DNA of 50,652 nucleotides. Source: Methanotrichaceae archaeon (GTDB lineage Archaea; Halobacteriota; Methanosarcinia; Methanotrichales; Methanotrichaceae). The position numbers and the translations under genes are program-made. The DNA lies in the NCBI GenBank assembly GCA_963754945.1, contig CAVWIG010000032.1, positions 1 to 50,652 of the forward strand, given 5' to 3'. Numbering within the stretch: the stretch's first letter is position 1; every line of letters starts with the position of its first letter. The notes beneath the pieces were generated by a model. It made no database searches. It was not told the origin of the DNA and saw nothing but the letters and a program-made list of their open reading frames with translations. Positions 41,735 to 50,652 of the stretch are shown here, one piece after another.

Positions 41735-42319
41735 ATGATGTCAGAAAAAGCTGAGAAAAAGCACGAGCATCACGGCAGGTCGAGCAGGGGTTTCCTGGAT
41801 GCTGGGAAGGTCCTAAGATATATCGGCATCAACGAGGGTGACCGATTCCTGGATCTGGGGTGTGGGAACGGTTATTTTTCTATTGTTGCATCGCAGGCTG
41901 TCGGGAAGGACGGCATAGTCTATGCTTTCGACGTGGATGAGGAGTCTATCGCCCAACTAAAAAGCGAGATTGCGGATAGGAAATTAGCCAACATCGAGTC
42001 ATCTGTTGTGGACATCACGAAGAAGCTTCCTCTCGCGGACGAAAGCATAAGCCTGGCTTTTATGTCTAATGTGCTGCATGGTCTTGTGGAAAACGACGAG
42101 GCAGATAGTACTCTTAAGGAAATAGCCAGAGTAACGGCACAAAACGGAAGGCTGGCTGTAGTGGAGTTCAAGAAACAGGATTCACCTATGGGGCCACCCC
42201 TCTCCATAAGGCTCACACCCGAGGATGTGGAAGCTTTGGCGCAAGGTTACGGATTCTCAAAGGATAGCGCCCAGGAAGTAGGACCATATCATTACGCCAT
42301 AATTCTCAGGAAAAAGTGA
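41735..42319 (+). CDS. Class I SAM-dependent methyltransferase
   Basis: FLDLGCGNGYF, VYAFDV, SNVLH, GRLAVVEF..GPP. Confidence 0.9.
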   Translation: MMSEKAEKKHEHHGRSSRGFLDAGKVLRYIGINEGDRFLDLGCGNGYFSIVASQAVGKDGIVYAFDVDEESIAQLKSEIADRKLANIESSVVDITKKLPLADESISLAFMSNVLHGLVENDEADSTLKEIARVTAQNGRLAVVEFKKQDSPMGPPLSIRLTPEDVEALAQGYGFSKDSAQEVGPYHYAIILRKK

Positions 42320-42393
42320 ATCACGATGGCACAGTCGCATTATTAAGCGATGAAGGCCGACGGTCAGTTTTCAAAACATTCTGCCCGGGAGCT

Positions 42394-42708
42394 TCAGTCA
42401 GGCTCCTGGCCGCCTTCTGCCATCTCTTGCATACACTGTTGTGCTTGCTGGTCCAGGTTGCACCTGAGAAGGCCAGAGATGAACATGCCTGCGATCAATG
42501 CATGCTCTTTCGGCATGTCTTTCAACGCAGCCTTGAGTTGTTCGATCGCTGCCTCCTCACTATCAACTCCTGGACCGAAAAGCAAGTTCTTTGTCAGATC
42601 GCCGATATGCATCATCTCATCGGATGTGATATCAAAGAAACTACGGACGATCTCTAAGATTAGGGATTCCTCTTTTGGTTCGAACATGGCTAAACCTACT
42701 TGATACAT
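42394..42708 (-). CDS. Hypothetical protein
   Basis: 104-aa ORF of natural-looking helical composition; no motif recognised. Confidence 0.5.
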   Translation of the reverse strand: MYQVGLAMFEPKEESLILEIVRSFFDITSDEMMHIGDLTKNLLFGPGVDSEEAAIEQLKAALKDMPKEHALIAGMFISGLLRCNLDQQAQQCMQEMAEGGQEPD

Positions 42709-42807
42709 GATGAAATAGATTTGGCTACAACACAGAGCCGTCTCTCGGGCAACGTTTGCAACAAATATCGTTTAAGACAAGTAAACTTCAATTATCAGAT
42801 CATTGGA

Positions 42808-42981
42808 TTGACTACGGACCTGGACCTCAGAGTATACAATGACGGCTACAAGAATGAGTGAGGCCTGATCAAGCCGAGATGAAAGGAGAGGCTGCAAAGG
42901 TACAAGAGAAGAGTCCAAAGAAGCCGGTGGCCAAGAGCATGATGAAAGGCACTGAGAGCTACAGCGAAATCCTTGAAGTGA
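42808..42981 (+). pseudogene. Second Ku 3' remnant
   Basis: DLDLRVYNDGYK / MKGEAAKVQEKSPKKPVAKSMM / ..KSLK*; nucleotide similarity to the reverse complement of 3617-3790 (e.g. GGCCAAGAGCATGATG, AATCCTTGAAGTGA). Confidence 0.7.
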
Positions 42982-43010
42982 GATATTGGATATTGCAACC
43001 TTTTGGCGTC

Positions 43011-44291
43011 AACATCACGCAGATTCAAATTGCTTTCTAGTGCACCATAACGCAAGTTTTAAATCTTATAAAAGGTCTAGAATATAGATCGTGGCAAGAA
43101 AAACAATATTCTGTGTGAAACTGGAAGAGAAAGAACGAGAAGAGTTGAACCAGTACATCCGTCGTGGGAAGTCGTCTGCAAGGAGTTTAACTCGCGCAAG
43201 AATACTGCTCCTGGCCGATGGAGGGCAATCCGATGCGGAGATCATTGATGCATTGAAGGCGAGCAGAACGACAATAGTGAGGATAAGAAAGAGATATTTC
43301 GAGGGTGGCCTGGAATCTGCATTGAATGAAAGATCTCGCAGTGGAGCGCCTCCGAAGATAGATGCACGAGTTGAGGCTAAACTGACCGGCATTGCTTGCT
43401 CAGATCCGCCTGAAGGCAGATCGAGATGGACGCTGAATCTATTGGCCGACAAGCTTGTTGAGCTGGGGGAAGTGGACTCGATCTCAGGAATGAGCGTTTG
43501 CAGAGCGTTAAAAAAAATGAAATAAAGCCATGGCTCAAACAGCGATGGTGCATAGGGAGCATGACGAGCGAATATATCTGGAACATGGAAAATGTATTAA
43601 CTCTGTACGAGCAACCATATGATCCGAGGCATCCTGTGGTTTGTTTCGACGAGAGGCCATGCCAACTGATAGGCGATGTCTTAGTGCCTATACCCATGAA
43701 ACCAGGCAGTCCGAAGAAGGTGCATTATGAATACGTCCGTAACGGGACATGTTGCATCCTTATTGCTTTTGATCTTCATGCAGGAAAAAGAATGATTCGT
43801 GTCATGGAGCACAGGACAAAGGTGGACTACGCCCATTTCATGAAAGAACTTACCCAGCATATCCAGGTGTAGAATCCATTCGATTGGTCCAGGATAATCT
43901 CAATACGCATACTTCAGGCTCATTTTATAATGCTTTTGCGCCTGAAGAGGCGTTTGAGCTGGCTAAGGAGTTCGAATATTATTATACGCCAAAGAAAGGT
44001 AGCTGGCTCAACATGGCTGAGATAGAACTCTGAGCCTGATCGAAGCAATGCCTCGATCGTCGGATTGGAGACATCGATACTTTAACCAAAGAGGCTTCGG
44101 TGTGGGCACAAGAACGTAACGCAAAAAAAACTACTGTAAGATGGAAATTCACGAAGAATGATGCAAGATTAAAGCTAAACAGGCATTATATTAATTTGCA
44201 AAATTAATGTTATGGTGCACTAGTCGTTCATTTTGTGAACAATATTTATAAACATCACGCAGATTCAAATTGCTTTCTAGTCGTTCATTTT
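43011..44291 (+). repeat. 41-bp direct repeat; first copy split by IS630, second copy intact at 44251-44291
   Basis: AACATCACGCAGATTCAAATTGCTTTCTAGTCGTTCATTTT twice, 16 bp apart once the IS is removed. Confidence 0.85.
43040..44220 (+). mobile_element. Second copy of the IS630 element, transposase inactivated
   Basis: Same TIRs and TA duplication; near-identical to 28026-29207 but with a 1-bp deletion near 43860 and substitutions near 44032 creating TGA. Confidence 0.95.
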
Positions 44292-44394
44292 CTTGCTTAA
44301 TAATAAATCTCCCATGAGTTGTCAGATGCGCCAGGCTGGCCTCAACCACGGCCCTCTCGCATCGGCAAGTCGCATCTGAGCGTAAAATCAAACT

Positions 44395-44444
44395 GCGTGC
44401 GGCCACCCCACCCTAAAGGATGGGGTATGCTTCGGGCCGCACGC
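44395..44444. repeat. GC-rich nested palindrome resembling an IS200/IS605-type end hairpin
   Basis: GCGTGCGGCC-ACCCCACCC-TAAA-GGATGGGGT-ATGCTTCG-GGCCGCACGC. Confidence 0.55.
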
Positions 44445-44567
44445 CTCACGCCAGGTTTTATGGAATCCAGAAATCGTCGAGTCTTCGTTGCCCTGATCTC
44501 CTTGGTCTGCACGATTGATACTTTGCTTCGGTTTCCCCTGAGAATCTTTATTGTTGTGCTGATTGCG

Positions 44568-45236
44568 TCAGCAGTTGCTGTATCCACTGAGGATATTTGA
44601 CATAATACGTGCTTCTGCCTTTCGTAGATGCTCAATAGTTACGGCTTTGCTGATTCCTACTTTTTCAGCCAATTGATCCCCATTGGTCCTGCGAGGATAC
44701 TCATAATACCCATTCTTTTTTGCCTCTAAGACAACTTCTCTTTGCCTATCAGTGAGGCAAGATAGGATGTTGCGCCCCTGGTATGCTGATAATTGGCATT
44801 GGATGTTTTCGATCTTTCCATACGTCTTTATAACTTCAAGGAACCTCTTTAGGTTGTCTTTATCTCCAATAACACTTATTACTAATTTATCCTCAGTAAT
44901 TATGGTGGGAGTATCCCATATCAGATCTCTACCTAGCTTTTGATTGATGTTTATAAATTCTTCTGGAGCTTTTCCCTTAATAAAACATGTGTACTCGTTC
45001 CCCTCGACTTTTATCACATCGAGCACCTCAATTTCGTTGGGATTTTCCACATCGTGTAATGAAAACCCGTCTTTAAACGTGAATAGGCCAATGAACAATT
45101 TCAGGCCCCGATCGAAATCAATATTTACAAATTGGAGGATTTCGACAGATTTAATCTTATTAAACATCTTGAATGGTCCCCTTTTCGTGCTTTTAAATTC
45201 CGCATTGGGAATTAATTCGACTATTAATTTTCTCAT
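44568..45236 (-). CDS. Transcription regulator with C-terminal HTH-10 (Bat-type) domain
   Basis: LTDRQREVVLEAKKNGYYEYPRR..LAEKVGISKAVTIEHLRKAE. Confidence 0.9.
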   Translation of the reverse strand: MRKLIVELIPNAEFKSTKRGPFKMFNKIKSVEILQFVNIDFDRGLKLFIGLFTFKDGFSLHDVENPNEIEVLDVIKVEGNEYTCFIKGKAPEEFININQKLGRDLIWDTPTIITEDKLVISVIGDKDNLKRFLEVIKTYGKIENIQCQLSAYQGRNILSCLTDRQREVVLEAKKNGYYEYPRRTNGDQLAEKVGISKAVTIEHLRKAEARIMSNILSGYSNC

Positions 45237-45641
45237 ACTTTAGCTCGGTTTCAACCTATACTATATAAACTACCATACATGAAAGGCACAATTCATTTAT
45301 TACTTGAACATCTAACCAATAGAGCGATAGGATGAAATGAAGGCAAGATCGCCAGCACAAATCAACACAAATATTATCCGTGCTTGGAAGACGCGCACAG
45401 TGGCTGCGATATGAAGGTGCTTGACCATATGGACGAGAAAGTGAAAATAAGTAGATATCCCAAGGTAGTGGCGTACACGGAGCTTGATGTGGGAATAAAA
45501 CTACCGAGGATGGACGAATTCGATGGGGGCTGGAAAGACATCTCGAATATATTTGCTGATGAGATGAAAGAGCTTCGAGTACAACTGCTAAAGACATATA
45601 AAATTATTTGCCCGTCAGCTCGAAATACAAATCGCTAAAGG

Positions 45642-46799
45642 ATGAAAATTATGGAACGCGCATCTATCATTGCCATTTTGGCTGCTTCAGTCATTCTCTC
45701 GGTGTTTATAGCTTCTTCCCAACCATTACCCGCATCCTTTCTGGCTTCTCAGAACCCCGCAAATCAAACCGGATACACCCAGGGATCGCCATCTATCCCA
45801 GCCCAATTTTCCGGCGATTGGTACGAAGTAAGCGGCGGACCGAACCTACAGGTTGCCCTTGCACGTTCAAGCGTTTACAGGAACGAGAATTCCTCGCTGG
45901 AACTCACTGTAACCAACGTTGGTCGCGTCACCTCCTTCAAAGTGCTCACGCAGCCAGAGCCATCCCGCCCAGAGGAAATACTTGCAGCCCAGAAGGAGCT
46001 GCAGCTTGAAGCCCTGAGGTCTACAGCACAGGATGTCTCTATCCGTCTTATAGCGCAGAACAGCAGCGCTATGAACCTGAAGCGAGAGGTGGCCTATGCC
46101 GGTACCATCCGGGACGGCCAGGTCTCTCAGGTGCTGGACTATCCAGTCGAGGTTTACGAGAATACGGGTCCTGGCGATTACACTCTTCTCGCCATAGCAA
46201 ATTACACTTACCAGCAGGATGTGGCAGTCAAACCCCACAGCGATAGTCCAGAGAACCCCGATGTCTTTTACTGGTACAACTCCGCAAGTCAGATTATCCC
46301 CATTACCTTGCACATTGAGAAAAGGAGCCAGGTTGATCTCAAGGCTTTGAGCGCCTCTCCGGGAACCCTGACCATCGGATCGAAGAACAACATAGTGAAG
46401 GTCACAATACAGAACCAGGGCACAGATACCGCCAAGGATCTTGTCGCCAGGCTCAGACCGGAAACAGGCATCTATGTTGACATGGATGAGTCGCCCATAG
46501 CGGCCCTCGGGCCGGGCGAGAAAGCTGAGCTGACCTACAAAGTGGACGTATCAAAGGATGCAATCGGTGGCAGGCCATACAGGTTCACGCTTCTCTTCGA
46601 TTTCTCCGACACGTACAGAAAGAACCTGCAAGATAGCGACCATGTTTACATCAACCTACAGCTTGGCCTCGCTGACATTGTCCTTTCCTACTGGTGGGTG
46701 GCGGTAATTGCAGGTATCGTGGCCTTGGGAGTAATCTTCAGAATGAGGAGCAAGCGAGTGCCGCAGGCCAATGAGCACCCTCGAGAAGGTGCCCAGTGA
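45642..46799 (+). CDS. COG1361-like S-layer domain protein associated with an ABC exporter
   Basis: Signal peptide, Ig-like repeats (VTIQNQGTDTAKDL..LGPGE), C-terminal TM helix with basic tail. Confidence 0.8.
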   Translation: MKIMERASIIAILAASVILSVFIASSQPLPASFLASQNPANQTGYTQGSPSIPAQFSGDWYEVSGGPNLQVALARSSVYRNENSSLELTVTNVGRVTSFKVLTQPEPSRPEEILAAQKELQLEALRSTAQDVSIRLIAQNSSAMNLKREVAYAGTIRDGQVSQVLDYPVEVYENTGPGDYTLLAIANYTYQQDVAVKPHSDSPENPDVFYWYNSASQIIPITLHIEKRSQVDLKALSASPGTLTIGSKNNIVKVTIQNQGTDTAKDLVARLRPETGIYVDMDESPIAALGPGEKAELTYKVDVSKDAIGGRPYRFTLLFDFSDTYRKNLQDSDHVYINLQLGLADIVLSYWWVAVIAGIVALGVIFRMRSKRVPQANEHPREGAQ

Positions 46800-46821
46800 A
46801 AACAGAGGCCCGAGGAGTAGC

Positions 46822-47742
46822 ATGAATGAGCTCATGCAGGTTCCTGAGAGGAACTTGTTCGCCGTAATTGGTCGCGGAATCACTAAGAGCTTCGACAACC
46901 TGTGCGTTTTGCGGGACATGCCAGTCAACATTCCTAGAGGGGTTACCTATTGTCTCTTAGGTCCAAATGGATCGGGCAAGACCACGCTAATGAGGATGAT
47001 AATGGGCCTGGTGAAGTTAGACTCTGGAGAGATTTATGTACTGAATGAGCCCCTGGATCGGATAAGTAAGGTCTATCCCAAGATAGGGTATATGCCGCAG
47101 CAGAGACCGCTCTATCCGGACCTCACAGTTCTTGAGAACCTAGAATTCTACGCGGGTCTTTATGGAATTCGAGGCCAAGAAAGGACCAGAAGAATTGACG
47201 AGGTCCTCAGGATCGTAGACTTACCCCAGACAAAAAACAGGATAACTGGTATGTTAAGCGGAGGGATGTATCAGAGAATATCGCTGGCCTGCACCCTGAT
47301 CAATAGCCCTGACATGCTCCTCCTGGACGAACCTACAGTTGGTGTCGATCCCGTGACGAAGCAATCATTCTGGGGATACTTCCGGGACCTGACCAAAGAA
47401 GGCAAGACTGTCGTGATCACCACCCACATCATGGAAGAGGCTGAACGTTGCGATATGGTGGGGTTTATGCGAAATGGGCGAATGCTAGCCGAGAGCAGCC
47501 CGGATAAGCTCAAGGAGTTTGCTGGTTTGAAGAAGCAGCTCCGGATGAAGGTAGCAGATCCCGAGGAAAAGTTGGCAAGATTGGTCGGAGCAGGTCTGGA
47601 AGTACAAAGGACGGGGGATATACTGATCGTCGATATCACCGATGCATCAAAGATGCGGGACATACTCGACCAGGTAGAACCCATAGACTTCAAAGTCATC
47701 GAGCCAACTCTAGAGAGCGCTTTTCTCAAGCTGGCGATTTGA
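46822..47742 (+). CDS. ABC transporter ATP-binding protein
   Basis: GPNGSGKTT, LSGGMYQR, LLLDEPT, ITTH. Confidence 0.95.
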   Translation: MNELMQVPERNLFAVIGRGITKSFDNLCVLRDMPVNIPRGVTYCLLGPNGSGKTTLMRMIMGLVKLDSGEIYVLNEPLDRISKVYPKIGYMPQQRPLYPDLTVLENLEFYAGLYGIRGQERTRRIDEVLRIVDLPQTKNRITGMLSGGMYQRISLACTLINSPDMLLLDEPTVGVDPVTKQSFWGYFRDLTKEGKTVVITTHIMEEAERCDMVGFMRNGRMLAESSPDKLKEFAGLKKQLRMKVADPEEKLARLVGAGLEVQRTGDILIVDITDASKMRDILDQVEPIDFKVIEPTLESAFLKLAI

Positions 47743-47761
47743 CCGAGTGGGGTAAAGAGAA

Positions 47762-48865
47762 ATGGTCCAAACCAAGGAAGTTTCACAGAGTCTGTACAGG
47801 ATATGGTCCGTAGGGCTGAGGGTGATACGCCAGACAAAGCGAGATAGGCGCACCATCGTAGCCCTGATCATCAACCCTATAATCCTGATGTTGCTCATAG
47901 GATACGCGTTCTCCGGAACTTTTACCGGCATAAACCTGGGTATTGTGGAGCTCTACAGCGGACCCGTTCAGGAGAGCGTCGTGAGTCACCTTCAGGCATC
48001 CGATACCTTTTCGATCACATACCTCGCCAGTGAGTCAGAGGCTCGAAAGCTGATATCCGAGGGAAAGATCGACGGTGCTGTAGTCCTGGGGAATAATGAG
48101 ATAAGGCTGATCCTGGATGGAACAAGCCCCCAGGTTGCAGGCACCATAACAACCGTAGTGCAATCTGGATTGCAGGCAGCAGCCGCCCAGATCCTTGGAA
48201 GTCTGCCGGTGAGATCAGCACTTCCGGCAGTTAACAGCTATTATGTTTACGGATATGACCTCGAGGTAAAAGACTCGGTGGGTCCCTCCCTGCTGGCCGT
48301 TGTCATCTTCTTCTTCACATCCTTGAACACCACGATTGGTTTCCTCAGGGAAAGGCTTCAGGGAACCCTGGAGAAGGTTCTGGTATCGCCCCTGGACAGG
48401 ATAGAACTCGTATCTGGCTATATACTGGCGTACATGGTCCTGTCTGTAGCTCAGTCTGCAATCACCTTCGTAATCCTTGTACTTGGCTTTAAGGTGCCTA
48501 TCGGTGGCAGTTTGTTGGCAGTCTTAATTATCGTCTTGCTGCTTTCCGCTGGCTCGCTGAGCTTCGGTGCGTTACTCTCGAACTTCGTCACAACTGAGTT
48601 CCAGGTCATGCAGCTAAACCCAGTGGTTACTTTTCCGCAGACGATCCTCTCAGGAGCATGGGTTCCAATTCAATCGATACCTGGTTGGCTGAGGCCTCTA
48701 TCGTACATCTTTCCACTCACTTATGCGTGTGATGCTTTGAAACTTACACTGCTGAAAGGGGCGTCCTTAGGCGATATACTCTACCCGGATGTGGTGGCTC
48801 TCCTCATTTTCTTTTTGGTGACATTCTTCATGGCAACTTTCATGATCAAGAAGGAGATAGCCTGA
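47762..48865 (+). CDS. ABC-2 type permease
   Basis: Multiple TM segments; RERLQGTLEKVLVSP; LSGAWVPIQSIPGWLRPLSYIFPLTY. Confidence 0.93.
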   Translation: MVQTKEVSQSLYRIWSVGLRVIRQTKRDRRTIVALIINPIILMLLIGYAFSGTFTGINLGIVELYSGPVQESVVSHLQASDTFSITYLASESEARKLISEGKIDGAVVLGNNEIRLILDGTSPQVAGTITTVVQSGLQAAAAQILGSLPVRSALPAVNSYYVYGYDLEVKDSVGPSLLAVVIFFFTSLNTTIGFLRERLQGTLEKVLVSPLDRIELVSGYILAYMVLSVAQSAITFVILVLGFKVPIGGSLLAVLIIVLLLSAGSLSFGALLSNFVTTEFQVMQLNPVVTFPQTILSGAWVPIQSIPGWLRPLSYIFPLTYACDALKLTLLKGASLGDILYPDVVALLIFFLVTFFMATFMIKKEIA

Positions 48866-48969
48866 TGAAGGCGATATCCAAATGAATAGCTAAGTCAAAC
48901 CAAAGAGTTATCATTATGTAGGGGCTCTATTCCTACAACAGTCGGATAAAATTATTCTGAGGAGAATAT

Positions 48970-49533
48970 ATGTCTCAAGATCCGCTCAAAGCTTACCGCG
49001 AGAAGAGGGACTTTGCAGCTACATCAGAACCCATAGGAGGCAAAGCGGTTCAAGGTGACAGGATCTTTGTGATCCAAAAGCATTCTGCCAGAAGTCTTCA
49101 TTATGACTTTCGTTTGGAGGTTAATGGAGTATTGAAGTCCTGGGCCGTACCTAAAGGGCCTTCCACAAACCCGAAGGATAAACGGCTGGCGATCTACACA
49201 GAAGATCACCCGCTTGAGTACGCGGGTTTCGAGGGTGTTATTCCTGAAGGTCAGTACGGCGCTGGAAAAGTGATCGTTTGGGACACCGGTAACTATCGGA
49301 ACAGGACCGAGAAGGATGGCCAGGTCGTGGAAATGGACCGTGCCCTGGAGAACGGACACATATCCGTCTGGTTAGAAGGCAGAAAGCTGATGGGAGGCTA
49401 TGCCATTACTAAAACGACCAGGGGTTGGATCCTGGTAAAGATGAATGATGAATTGGCTGACGCTTCCAAGGATATACTTATTGCGGAGCCTAGGTCGGTC
49501 TTAAGTGGCAGAACGATTGAAGAAGTTTTCTAA
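48970..49533 (+). CDS. Standalone LigD-type 3'-phosphoesterase
   Basis: YREKRDF..TSEP, FVIQKHSARSLHYDFRLE, SWAVPKGPS, EDHPLEY..FEG.IP.GQYGAG.VIVWDTG. Confidence 0.93.
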   Translation: MSQDPLKAYREKRDFAATSEPIGGKAVQGDRIFVIQKHSARSLHYDFRLEVNGVLKSWAVPKGPSTNPKDKRLAIYTEDHPLEYAGFEGVIPEGQYGAGKVIVWDTGNYRNRTEKDGQVVEMDRALENGHISVWLEGRKLMGGYAITKTTRGWILVKMNDELADASKDILIAEPRSVLSGRTIEEVF

Positions 49534-49722
49534 TGATGGAAGGCAAGGATAGAGTTTGAGTACAAATTAGATACTGATGTACATAAATAAAAGAAGCATA
49601 AAGAGAGTATAAAAGAGAAGTTTTTAGTAGAGGCCCACCTCTTTATGTAGAGCCTCTTCTGCAATCAGACAGTCCTCTGCCTTTTCCTGCAGATGACCGC
49701 TGGAATTGGTTGAGCTAGGACG

Positions 49723-49917
49723 TCATCTGGATTTCAAAGCTTTGGCTCGCTTTCCTTCTTCGATCAGTTCTCGGACCTTCTGACCACCCTTGTGACCTAT
49801 CTCTTTGTAAAACTCATGTCCGTGCGTATCTGCGGTCTTCTTTCCACCTTTTCTGCCTGCCTCAGCAACAGTCATCGCTCCTTTCTTTTCGGTTGTCTTT
49901 TTTCTGCTTTCTGCCAT
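49723..49917 (-). CDS. KGG-repeat general stress protein
   Basis: MTVAEAGRKGG...HGHEFYKEIGHKGG. Confidence 0.85.
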   Translation of the reverse strand: MAESRKKTTEKKGAMTVAEAGRKGGKKTADTHGHEFYKEIGHKGGQKVRELIEEGKRAKALKSR

Positions 49918-50447
49918 TTTTTGCCTCCAATTCATACAACAAATAAAGCTAATTTCGCCAGGGATTTCTTGTTATCTTCGATAATCGTCACCTGTCACGT
50001 AAATTAAATCCGTGAAGAGTGGGTAGATCTATATCGATAACCCTGACATTGTCGTCCCATTCGGGAGTAACCGATATTGTGAGCAACACCGGGCACATCA
50101 ACAATTTACAAGCAACTGACTTCCTTCTAAAGTGTTATATACTTCTTTTACTTATTTCAATATTTATGTTTTTCGCAATTTCAAAGTGAAGACGGAAATA
50201 TTTTCGTTAGCCTCAGTTCGAATGGCTTTACGATCATTTCGACTAGGATTCCAAAAAAATTAATCTATTTGAAATATTTGGGCTAATCACCAACATATCC
50301 CCAAGCAATTGTGATGGAATCTTCAATACAGTTACCAGAGTGTCATACAGACAGGATATGCTAAGTAAGCCTTCACTTAGCAATTGTTCGCGATTCAACC
50401 TCGAATCACGCCTCTTAATTCTTGCGAGTCAGAAACCACCTCGTTTA

Positions 50448-50652
50448 GAGGCAGTGTAACGATTTTTCTGTACTTTGATAATAAGAATGATTATCGGCCC
50501 TGTATCCTATCCAATCTTGAGAAAAGGAGGACACAGGACCATGATACCCATAGCACTCTTGGAAGATTACCTTATCGATCAGGAAGATGGACTAAAGAAG
50601 CTTCTGACCTGGTTCTTGAACCTTGTAATGCAGCTAGAAGCGGCGCAACAGG
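50448..50652 (+). mobile_element. Left end of an IS256-family element (transposase starts at 50541 and runs off the window)
   Basis: AGGAGG RBS, then MIPIALLEDYLIDQEDGLKKLLTWFLNLVMQLEAAQQ; IS256-like end GAGGCAGTGTAACG; left boundary approximate. Confidence 0.7.

Noticed and set aside
28026-44220. Two inverted IS630 copies as a composite transposon or inversion boundary
   Set aside because: Each copy has its own reconstitutable target (flavin reductase; 41-bp repeat) and the interval includes housekeeping genes, so these are independent insertions with no inversion
45256-45638. Short ORFs between the HTH-10 regulator and the S-layer gene
   Set aside because: No motif or clear start; possibly a gene relic but unsupported

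Overview
Archaeal chromosome segment, most consistent with a Methanothrix-like methanogen (mptN-like ligase, purA, thiL, XPB-Bax1, COG1361 S-layer protein, HTH-10 regulator). The left half is a defence island. It holds a 43-repeat CRISPR array transcribed on the minus strand and a minus-strand operon: csb2(Cas6-like half only)-cmr1-cas10-cmr3-cmr4-cmr5-cmr6-Can2/Card1-like-crn3-[two-repeat mini-array]-cas4/cas1-cas2. This is a type III-B effector wired to type I-G-style processing and adaptation parts. On the far side of the array lie a candidate membrane effector (tentatively Csx23-like) and a family A DNA polymerase with degenerate proofreading motifs. The most novel-looking signal is a pair of divergent repeat hairpins with compensatory stem changes inside the cas operon, just upstream of cas4/cas1. 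The rest is a mobile-element-rich accessory region: IS21, IS5/IS903-like, two IS630, IS256, two tiny MITE-like insertions that break a flavin reductase and a glycogen phosphorylase, two Ku 3' remnants, a standalone LigD phosphoesterase, and a decaying flavin/redox cluster. All protein calls come from motif recognition by eye; no searches were run.
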